Of a stretch of DNA of 64,000 bases, positions 1 through 12,091 are shown piece after piece. Below the pieces are notes generated by a model, which was not told where the DNA came from, ran no database searches, and saw only the letters and a list, made by a program, of their open reading frames with translations. The first letter of the stretch is position 1. Every line of letters starts with the position of its first letter. A program made the translations under genes and the position numbers. This stretch comes from Lobosporangium transversale (taxonomy: Eukaryota), in contig NW_019028979.1 in the NCBI RefSeq assembly GCF_002105155.1, positions 1 to 64,000 on the forward strand, given 5' to 3'.

Positions 1-54
1 TTACAATTTTTTTAAGACGAAGGCCTTTCTGGACCTAGTCATGTTTTGTAGTAG
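1..54. repeat. Terminal inverted repeat at the 3' end of the Fanzor gene
   Basis: ttacaatttttttaagacgaaggcctttctggacctagtcatgttttgtagtag matches the reverse complement of 3325-3377. Confidence 0.93.
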
Positions 55-62
55 ATTGTGTC

Positions 63-2926
63 CTACTGCTGTTGCCGGCTTGTCTCTCCCCCTCCTCCTG
101 GACCCAGCAAAGGTCCTTTCGGTGGTCTTGATCCCTCTACTCCTCCTCCTCCTTCATCTGAAAATTTCCTTTTTGTGGGTCTGCTACTACCACCACCACT
201 GCCACCACTGCCACCACTACCTCCACCGCCGCCACTACCGCTAGAAGCTTGGCCTTGAGTTCCTCCGTCCGGCGGCATATATTTTGCAGGTCGTTTTTGC
301 TCTCTTATCTGCGACTCACAGACCCTTGCGATGTTCTCAGCATCAACAGCATCTTAATCAAAGTATGCTTTACAATTTCGACAGTACTTGGATCGAAAAG
401 GAACATTCTCCAATATACTGTCACAGTGAGGCCGTGGACACTTGGCAGATGTGTAGTATTCATGACAACCTACAATGGGGTAGTCTAGAGATTTTGCCTG
501 TTCGAGCCAGATTTAATACTCGTTAAAAAAAAGACTCAAAAATTAAATGTCATTAATCAAGGGAATTTTTTTTTTTTTTTTTTTTACCTTTTCAACAAGC
601 TTCTTCATCAATATCCCATGCTTCGATACTTGTCCTCGGTTTGTCTTGAATGATCCTCGTCCAATACAGATCACTGCATTCGTATTGGCATCTCTTCTTC
701 TTCCATTGCTTCCGCCCGCAAGCTTCAGAATTGCCTTGATCACATAATCAACGTATCCGTTCTGTGCTTTTCTATTATCCCAGCTATTCCGAACAAACCA
801 CCTGTCATTATAGAAATCGACAAGCGCCCTATATGTAGTCTCCCTATTGTCGTCACTGGTCTCAGATCCACTGCTACTACTGGCCTCAACTCCACTGCTA
901 CTACCGGTCCCTGCTCCACTGCTACTACTGGCCCAACCCCACTACCAGAGAAACTACCTCCAGTACTTGATGGAGCTTGATTTGGCAGCAAGCTCATATA
1001 GCGAAATACTGTGTTAAAGTAGGCCTGAGAATGACGGAATATTGCTTTCAATCTCTGTAATTCCTCTTCTAAGCTTTCGCCTCTCTAGCTCGACCCTGAA
1101 ACTTCTTGGATGGTTTGTAAAGGTACGCTCTAGAAATCCGGAGGATCTCACGTTCGTTAGGTTTCCTTGTATCCAACTTTGCAATTGTCATCGAGTACCT
1201 CTCGCCTGGATCGATCCCAATGATAATGGTACTTTCGGGGGGAGGGCATGCTGCCTGGGTGTCATATTTAACTTCTACATTCTCGAGGAGACGGGATCTC
1301 TGCTTCCAGTTGATCTCACGCCGGGAACTGGGACTCACCGGGGACAGTGGATTTGTGCTCGATGTACCTTCTTCAGCTGCTTCTTCTCCCTCGTCGCCAT
1401 CTAAGAATGGTTCATCAACTTCCAGCAAGTCAATATCGCTGATACCCAGCAAGATATCGTCATCTTCATTTCCGTCGTCGTCTCCATCATCACCACCATG
1501 GCCTGCACCATGGCCTGAAGACGAGGATCCCTGCTGAGCACTTGAAGAAGCCTGGACTGCTTGAGATCTTTGAGTATCCGAAGGTTGGGCAGCTTACGAA
1601 CCTCTACCTCTTTTTTGCTTCGATCTGTCATAGGCAAGAAGTGTTAGGGTAAGGCCGTTTGTAAAGAACGATGTCCGTAGTTTCCTTCTAGGGCTATCAT
1701 CAGATTGCAGTCCAACGTCCTTGTATCCTTTCAAGGAAAACAGCTCCTGCAACAATATCCCCTTGTGGTTAAGGATCTTGTCCTCTGCAGCCCCCTTGGT
1801 ACTCATGTTTAGTTCCAACAATTGGACTATTTCCTCTCGAACTGTTGGGTTAGACCATAATATATCCAGGAGACAGGCTTCCGTTAGGCAGAGAGACCGA
1901 GGCGAGAAAGCAGACGTAGGGAAATCCAGATATTTTTTGGCAGTTGCATTTTGCTCAAAAAAGAATTGGATGGAACTTCTTCCATTGCCTGGAATATCTA
2001 TGTCAAACTAGACATTATATTGAAGAAATGATTAGGAACATTTCTTTAAACATATTATATATTTACCTGCGCATTCCGATAGTGAGACCTTAGCGCTGCT
2101 TGAACAGGGACCATGACCATCCGAGACGACTTGCTGATCACCAAATCGGGATAGATCTGGTTTAAAGGACCAAGCCCTGTCTTTGCATAGAAGTTTCGTA
2201 TGCTTTGAGCTGGGACGGCTTGGCTACGTTCCCTTCGCCTTTTTTCTTCACTTCTCTGCTATACCTAGATAATGGACTCATCACTCCGTGATACAACAAC
2301 GCAGCAAGGCCGTAAATAAAGTCCCTGCTATCAAGAACTTCATCTAGGAGTTGTGGGAGATCAGCTGGATTGGATGGCCCAGTGGTAAGCAGGTTATCGA
2401 CCACAAGGCGCAGGCCCAGAAAGCTCAATCCGTGCCTCATTCAACATTTTAATAAATGATTGAATGAGCCCTTGAATTGTTGCAGCAAGTTGCTCGGGAT
2501 TGAGATTGGGATCGGAAGTAGAGTCCAGCTTGGCAACTACACACGTCTTTAACGTGCCCAGAGTTAATGCAGCAGTGGGTGGGCCCTCTTCAACCGTCGG
2601 TCCTCTGCAGTAGCCTCCTTCACTTTCCTGGTCTTATCAGTCTTTCTGATATACTTGGCCTTCCCTTTGTTCTTCTTTTTTTTCTTCTTTTCCTCCTTAA
2701 CCTCCTCTTCTTTCTCATCCTCTTTTTTTTCTTTTTCCTTTTTTTTGGGGGACTTTCTTTGACGGCTGGAGCTGACGGGACGGTCGTGTTGTTTGCAGTT
2801 GGTCAGGTCATATTTCTTAGGGGAAAGTTCCTTTTTCTGGGTAGGGAAAACAGGCCGATAGCGATTCGGCTTTGCGCGTTTAGGGATATAGAATCTAATT
2901 AGGAACAACAATGTCAAGGGTTAGAT

Positions 2927-2960
<34 letters not shown>

Positions 2961-3120
2961 TATATGCTTTGGAAAATGTTCATTTGAAGGAGCTTACCTG
3001 GATTGAGGTTGATTATTTTTATTCTGGTACCTAGCAGATATCGCAGTCCTCATTCTATCATGGTAATGAAGGAATCTTTCAGCGGTTGCTTGCTGCGAAG
3101 CCTGGGTTTGGATCCAGTTG
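63..3120 (-). pseudogene. Fanzor1 (TnpB-like RNA-guided RuvC endonuclease), spliced, disrupted by frameshifts and nonsense codons
   Basis: Stitched minus-strand translation gives SFFTNGLTLTLLAYD, RuvC-I IIIGIDPGE (D at 1210-1212), GITEIESNIPSF, LVDFYNDRWFVRNSWDNRKAQ, VICIGRGSF, RuvC-II VGCHEYYTSAK (E at 459-461), Zn finger CPRPHC...CRNC, and RuvC-III FD*DAVDAENI...RP (D at 351-353). GT-AG introns at 498-587, 2008-2066 and 2895-2997. Stops at 354-356 and 1594-1596. The 5' boundary is uncertain. Confidence 0.88.
867..938. repeat. 3 x 24-bp tandem repeat encoding an SSSSG linker inside Fanzor
   Basis: tccactgctactac(t/c)gg... repeated three times. Confidence 0.85.
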
Positions 3121-3324
3121 CATATTTCACAGTACACGTGTTATATGAAAATTTATAATACAGACATACTAACAGCTCTATGCCCCATGGTGCCCGAGAC
3201 AAACTTGCAGTTTTATTTTGATACAAATTTGGATAAATGTCCCATGGATGTGATGTGTGAACCCACATCCTATTCTCACTTCTGCTCCCTGGTTACTATT
3301 TGTCTGTCTAAAATTTTTCATGAG

Positions 3325-3377
3325 CTACTACAAACATGACTAGGTCGGGAAAGGCCTTCGTCTTGAAAAAGTTGTAA
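3325..3377. repeat. Terminal inverted repeat at the 5' end of the Fanzor gene
   Basis: ctactacaaacatgactaggtcgggaaaggccttcgtcttgaaaaagttgtaa, 49/54 identical to the reverse complement of 1-54. Confidence 0.93.
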
Positions 3378-4084
3378 GTATTAGCTTGACAGTGCTTTCT
3401 TGACTAATCTCTTTATTTCTATGCTTGGTCTAGATGGTGTTTTTTTATGGGGAGGACTATTTAGACAGCATATAGACCCCACATATCTTAATCATAATAA
3501 ATTGGTTTGGTGGCATTGTTGTAAAAAATATCTTTGCTTAAGGGACAGAAAGATAGACACAATCAGGAAAAGGCAGGACAAAGAGTGTCAACAAGATTGA
3601 CAAGAGAAAATAGAGTCAAATAACCTTGACTACAAACAGCGCCATAGAATGTCAAAAGAAAAGATAGGAGCTTTATAGGTGAGCTCACAAACTGAGTTAC
3701 CGGAAGACAAATGCTTGTTGTGAAAAGGGGAAAAAGATAAATGGCAAGACGAACTGCGGGTGAAGAATAAGACATGTGGGGAAAACTGAAGACTTTATTA
3801 AGAAGGAAGTTTCTTTGGCTTTTATACTCGGTAGTTTCTAGGTGAGGCGGACCCGCCTATGACTACAAAGGCTTTGCGCAAAGATTAAGCTGGTTCGACA
3901 GATTAGTGGATACAAAATAAACCGAAGTTAATTTTAATGACCAGTCACACCACTTGCAATAACAAGCGAGTCAATTGGCTGCCAATACATTTAAGAGTAT
4001 TCAAAAAATATAAGGGATCGCATTTAATAAAACTCGAATGTCCTTTTTTCTTTGCTGTTGCATTCATTCCAAAAAAGACAAACT

Positions 4085-4432
4085 ATGGAAGCACCCATCG
4101 ACTTGGACTTGTCTACTCTTAACGCCCTCTCCCCTGAGGTCATTTCGAAGCAAGCAACTATTAACATTGGTATGAAAATATTCTTATCTTTCTCTTTCCT
4201 ACTAATTAAGACACTCATACCAGCACTCTTTTTAACTTGTCTTTCTACGCAATTTAGGTACCATTGGCCATGTTGCTCACGGTAAATCTACTGTCGTCAA
4301 AGCTATCTCTGGTGTTCAGGTATACAACAAACAGCATTGACTGAACCAAGAAGTCAAGAAGGCGTGTCAAATTTTATCTGAGTGATCCGTCAACCGTCAA
4401 AAGGAGATTATTAACGTTACTGGTGCTTTTTC

Positions 4433-4465
<33 letters not shown>

Positions 4466-6245
4466 AATTCTAGACTGTTAGATTTAAAAACGAGTTGGAA
4501 CGCAACATTACCATCAAGCTTGGCTATGCAAATGCAAAGGTATTTTGCTCTTTTTTCTTCTTATTTTTATTAAAAAATAAACTTTAAATTTGCTTACTGC
4601 TAATCTTTAGATTTACAAATGCCAAAATGAAGCCTGCCCAAGACCAGGGTGTTATAAATCATACCGCAGCAATATGGAGGACCATCCAAAGTGTGAGCGT
4701 CCCTTCTGTGGCGGGATCATGAAATTGGAAAGGTATTATTAGAAACCTTTTTCGTTCAAAAAAAAAAGAATTAATTTGTGCACTAGTATTTGAGTCATAG
4801 TTCGTCACTCATGTATACATTGGCTTAGTCATTTTGAGTAAAGCAGCATGGATATTGACTTGACTCTTCTTCTTTGCTTCCTTCCTACAGACATGTTTCA
4901 TTCGTCGATTGTCCGGGTATGAAGATCAGATCTACTAAAATTTGTAGTCCATGAGCTGAGCTTAAAATATGGTGGCGTTTTATTGTTTAAAGTTTGATCT
5001 GACAATTTTTTTTTTTTTTTTTTTTCTACAAATAGGACATGATATTCTCATGGCCACCATGTTGAACGGCGCTGCTGTCATGGACGCCGCTCTCTTGTTG
5101 GTTGCAGCCAATGAGTCTTGTCCTCAGCCTCAAACTAGTGAGCATTTGGCAGCTATTGAGATCATGAAGTTAGAGCACATCATTATTCTGCAGAACAAAG
5201 TAGATCTAATCAAGGAATCGGCAGCAGAAGAGCACCACCAAAGTATTCAACAATTTATAAAGGGAACTATTGCCGATTCAGCGCCCATTATCCCTATCTC
5301 AGCTCAGCTCAAGTACAATATTGATGCCGTCAACGAATATATTGTCAAACGTATTCCTGTCCCTGTTCGTGACTTCACCGCAGATCCTCGTCTGATTGTC
5401 ATTCGCTCGTTTGATGTTAATAAGCCAGGTGCAGAGGTTGAGGGCTTGACAGGAGGCATTGCTGGAGGCTCTATCCTTAGTGGAGTATTGAAGGTAAGCC
5501 ATGACAGTTTACAATACTTATGAATGGAGAGAGGAGAGACTTCAGTTCTAAAACTACTAAGCAATTTTTCGACTGGTTTCTTTCGGAAATAGCTTGGAGA
5601 CGAAGTTGAGATCCGTCCTGGTATTGTTACCAGGGATAATGAAGGGAAGATTGGATGCAGGCCTATCTTCTCCCGTATTGTCTCATTACTAGCCGAGAGC
5701 AATAATCTAAAGTTTGCTGTCCCCGGTGGACTGATTGGTGTTGGTACAAAAATCGACCCTACGCTCTGCCGTGCAGATCGTTTGGTTGGTCAGGTTCTTG
5801 GATCTGTTGGCAAGTTGCCAGAAGTCTACTCCGAGCTGGAGATCCAATACTTTTTGCTCCGTCGTCTCTTGGGTGTTAAGACCGATGATAAGAAGCAGGC
5901 TAAAGTCACCAAGCTTACCAAGAACGAGGTCCTTATGGTCAATATTGGCTCTACTTCTACAGGTGGACGTGTTATTCAAGTCAAGAACGATATCGCAAAG
6001 ATTGCCCTTACAGGCCTTGCATGCTCAGAGTATGTATCATATTAGTAATTCATTGATACAGTCTTTAGAGGAATTGTTTTTTTTATTTCTAGCCCTTGTA
6101 TTGGTTGCTAATGTTTCTTTCTTTCCTTTATATATATATATAAAATAGAGCTGGCGCAAATGTCGCACTTTCACGTCGTATTGCAAACCACTGGCGTTTA
6201 ATTGGATGGGGCTCCATCACTCGAGGTTCCTCTGTACCTATCTAG
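4085..6245 (+). CDS. GCD11: Translation initiation factor eIF2 gamma subunit (multi-exon)
   Basis: [69 protein letters not shown]; canonical introns. Confidence 0.97.
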
Positions 6246-6382
6246 GCAAAAATAATTGACCTTAGAGAAATAGAAATATCACTATCAAATAATAGACCGA
6301 AGTCAGAAAAGGCATCACAAAATAGAAAGACAAAAAAAATTTGATATTACTTCTGAATGAAAGGTAATGTTTTTACAATTTT

Positions 6383-8389
6383 TTATTGTTTTGCTAAGGT
6401 GCCAGACAACCTAGCAGCACGGAACAGAGATAGTTTCTTTGGCGGCAAATTCCTATCGTCTATGGCAATTGGTTTCTGTTCGCTTTTCCCCCCCTCATTA
6501 GTCTCTTCATTATCCTCATCTATATCTTGGGATTTATTTTTAGCTCGCTCTATTTGTTGTGGTTCCGGGATGATCATGCCCGGAGGAATCACAACTTGCT
6601 GCTCCCACATGCGTTCAATATCCTCACGATTGAAAGCACCGTGTTTGGCAATCATAGCTTGTCTGCGCTCTTGATATTCAGTGACTACCTAGAACATTAC
6701 AAAAGACAACGGAAGGAGTTAGTCAAAAAAGGCGTTTTTTTTTTTTGTGCCTCCTTTTCTTCACAAAGTACCTGACGCATTAGCATATCATCCTCGAGCT
6801 CATCTTCATCCACTGGCTCAAACTCCTCATGTTCCACTACAGCGCCTTTCATTAAAGAAGTATCTCTTAGTTTCGAGCTGGCAGCGACAGGGATGATACG
6901 TTTTGCTGGATCAGCAGGTATAATCGGGCCCACATCATTTTCAGATTTTGGCTCTGAAGGGCTTGTAACAGGCTCTTTAGAGGCAGATGATGAAATCGAT
7001 CGGGCTGACACTACAGTGGGGATAGCCTTAACAGATCGATATTCCTTGATATCATTATCGTCGTCAGGGTCCACGAAGCTAGCCTCTGGCACTGCTGGCT
7101 CTGGTTCCAAGTGGTTTATTGCTTGATTCTGCTGTTGTCGACGAAATAAGGAAGGCTTTCTGCGACTTGGTAGCGGCTCTTCAAATCCTTGGGTAGTGAG
7201 GTTAGAGATGGATGATTTGCCAGGTGTAGCTTCCTTAACTTCACTAACCATTGCTTTCGAGAGAAGGCGAGACTCGGAGATAGAAGGTATTGCTGGTGAT
7301 ACATTCCGCTCGACAACCTCAGAGGCTTCAGGGATGTTCATTTTGTTCTTAGCTTGTGCTAATGGCGACACTGGCAGCTCGACAACATTTTTCTCGGATA
7401 CATTCTCCGATGCTCCCATTACTGCCGGCTTGGCCAATGTAGTATTAGCCGAAGTTGATTTCCCTGCAGCTGCACGATCTCTGGCAAATTTTGATAGTTT
7501 CTTAGGCGGGATATCCTGAGCAACATCGATAGACTCTACAAGGACGGGGGTGTTTTTTGTCTTTTCTTCTGCTTCAGCTCGCATCTGCTTGAACAATGAT
7601 GTCTTTTTTGGTGGTGGTTTCAATGCGGATTTGAGGGGTGCTGGTTCAGGCTTATTTTTCTCCTCAAAAACTGGTGCTTTGACACTGGGTGGGACGGTTG
7701 TCAAGTTGGCAAATGTAGACTCCAAATTAGCCATGTTTACAATTTGCTCCGATGTGGCAGCTGACCTAACAGCTTGCTGCTTTGCTTTCATCTGATTGAT
7801 TAGATCTGAAGGCGATTTGGCCTTCGTTGCTGAAGGGCTTGTTGTGGTAGGAGCTGATACTGATGGTGGTGCTACGAGAGTTGACTTTGAGTTTGATTTT
7901 GACTTTATAGCCTTAGCGACTTGATCTGCAAAACGAACAGCTTTTTCTCCAGGCTTTCTAGATGTACCCTCATAAGCATCTTCCTCATCCTCATCATCAG
8001 AATGCTCCCAAACCTCTTCCTCGTATTCTTCATCAGAATCGAGCCCTTTTGGTCTAAATTCATCTGCGCTATCTTCATCGTCGTATTCTATTGGAAGGCC
8101 ATTATCATCTGAATCTGTCTCCTCTTCTGATGTCACAATCTCCCCAGCCTCTCTGCGACGTTCTCTCTCTTCATCCTCACGTTCAAGTTCTGCAATTCTA
8201 TCCAAAATTGCTCGATCTTCAGCTTGTTCCTCAGGTGTTTTTTGAGAGAAGGGCAAGAGAGCTGGCTGTTTTGATTTTTCATCTTTGTTTTCTTCATCAT
8301 CTGAGAAATAAGGTTCCGTGATCTCGACAATGGGAAGACCTTCTTCGTTATACTAATGTGATAATCGTTAACCAAATTAAATATAAATG

Positions 8390-8438
<49 letters not shown>

Positions 8439-8612
8439 TAAATAAATAAATTCTTTACACATGAATGCTTACTTCTTGACCACCTAACAGTCCCGGGGCT
8501 ATTCCACTCTTTGATCGAATTTGCTCCTCCTGTGCCTGTAGCTTTGCAAGATTTTCATGGACAACTGATCGGATATTGATTAGATCACTGTATCAGAAAA
8601 TTCCATCTCTGT

Positions 8613-8647
<35 letters not shown>

Positions 8648-9110
8648 CTTACATTCTATTCGCCTGTCCACAATTTCGGCAGCCTGAACGGCAGACCGAT
8701 CTACAAACCAATTATCTCCAAGCATGACAAGAATTTCGTTTGTATGCACTAGTTTTCCTGGCATAAAGGCTAAATTACCGATAGGAACCTGATTATTACA
8801 AAAAAAAAAAGAAAAAAAAATCAAACTTCATCCTATAATAATAATAATAATGATAACGAACTCTACAGAGGGAGTCAGAGGATTATGTACTAATTAGAAA
8901 TATAAATACCATAACTGAATGCGTAGTTTCCTTTGGCAAGTCTAGTAGTGTAGATTTAAGAGCCCTATAATCCTCTTCATAGCCCTTCCATCGAGTCAAT
9001 TCCTCCTCAATCTGTGTCAACGCTGCCGAGAACTTTGCAAAATACGTAGCCAACTCCGTGGCCTCCTCTTCGCGTGCCTTCCCTTTTCCTTTTGCATGCA
9101 ACTGATCCAT
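6383..9110 (-). CDS. BUD27: Unconventional prefoldin RPB5 interactor URI/Bud27 (multi-exon)
   Basis: Prefoldin-alpha N-terminus (VMVPIGNLAFMPGKLVHTNEILVMLGDNWFVDRSA), acidic middle region, C-terminal KKLSLFRAAR box. Confidence 0.88.
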
Positions 9111-9247
9111 TCTCGAACCAAGTAAAGTAATGGTTGGTCATGAAATGAATTAGAAAATGTAAAATGTATTCATGATAAACATTCGCCAGGCAGTCACTTT
9201 TTTTTTTTTTTTTTTTTTTTTTTTGACATTTATTTATTTTTCAGTCT

Positions 9248-10879
<1,632 letters not shown>

Positions 10880-10884
10880 TCAAT

Positions 10885-11900
10885 CTCAGTTTTTAACCTC
10901 AATGGGCTGAATGCTGGATCCTAGTGATATGGAGAAGTTTCCAAAATGGTGTGATCGCCATATTGTTGTGCGATATTCCAGCCTACGCTTATCTCGAGCT
11001 CGATGTGGGCGATTAGCTCTGCTTTCACTAGCCCTACATCGGTATCTTTCGCACTAACTGCAAACCTATAGTTATACCTTGCATTCTCGTATGACACTCT
11101 TTTTTGCACTGGGATTAGGCTTCCTGTCTGGGTTGTGAAAACGGTATTTGGTGCCGCCCATGTGGATGAAGCATTTTCCCAATCCCATTTCAACCAAGTT
11201 GTTGCAAAGCTTTTCAAACAAAGCTTCAAACACTGTTTGGTTGAAATAACCATGATAATCATGATTAGCGGTTATTACTTCCCTACGATCATCCGTACTC
11301 TCTCCATTGTGCACTGCTTATGGTTCATAGTCTGACGCGTTGTTTCCCCGCTCCTGTCCCAAATGTGGATACTGTCGTTGACGAACTTTCCAACGGCTCT
11401 CTTTTCATCTTTGTCATAATACACCGTAAAATGTAATATGACAAGGAGTGATTGCTGAGGAGGTCTACATATAGTGCCATCACTCTTTACTCGTCGATTT
11501 GATGAGGAATGGTCCAGGCGACAATATGACTCGTCGAGAAATACCTCAGCCCCTATAGAGAAATACTCACTATATTCCGTTCTAAGATTGGAAAACATTC
11601 TTCAACGCCCTTGTGTCGGAACCTTACATTCTATGGGGTGTCATGCAACATTGACCTGGGATACATTCGTCCCACTAGAAGTTACTGGCTCATAGGTAGC
11701 GATGCACGGTGGACTTTGACAGTTTGATGTGGTGGATGCCCCTGAGTTCATTTCTCTCAATCCGCACACTGCTGGAAGTTCGAGTTTTTTTTGTTGGCCT
11801 TTGTCACAATTTCCTCGAGATGGCTCTCAACGGCCGAGTCTGGCTCCTCCTTTTTATCACTACGATCAACACCCATAGTGCCCTGCGTTTTGTCTCAAAG
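10885..11900 (-). pseudogene. Decayed IS630/Tc1-mariner-superfamily DDE transposase
   Basis: HTH-like IKLSKSTVHRYL*, first Asp in VFLDESYC, DYHGYFNQTVFEALFEKLC, CFIHMGGTKY (second Asp apparently lost), GDHTILETSPYH*...IQPIEVKN. Several stops and frameshifts. No TIRs recognised. Confidence 0.8.
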
Positions 11901-12091
11901 TGCATCGAAGTGATCTTCCCTACATATGACCTGTTGGTGAATTGCTCAGGCTTGGTATTCTAGCACTTCGTAGAACAAAAACCAAAAACCAAAAAAAAAA
12001 AAAAAAAAAAAAAAAAGCGGCTTGGCTGACCTGTGGGATTCAGATGAATGGGTCATTTGTGAGATAATTACAGTACTTTATTAGCGCAGAT

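Larger units (their letters stand above)
1..3377 (-). mobile_element. TIR-bounded DNA transposon carrying a Fanzor gene; no transposase seen, so apparently non-autonomous
   Basis: 1-54 is the reverse complement of 3325-3377 (4 mismatches, 1 indel). TA lies at 2-3 and 3375-3376, flanking CAA...TTG ends. The interior encodes RuvC/Zn-finger fragments. Confidence 0.9.

Noticed and set aside
41..258. Plus-strand His-rich and Pro-rich ORFs
   Set aside because: They are antisense shadows of the Fanzor Gly/Ser tail.
740..1051. ORF with PVVAVE repeats as an independent gene
   Set aside because: It is mostly an alternative frame of the Fanzor SSSSG linker; the conserved Fanzor motifs lie in another frame.
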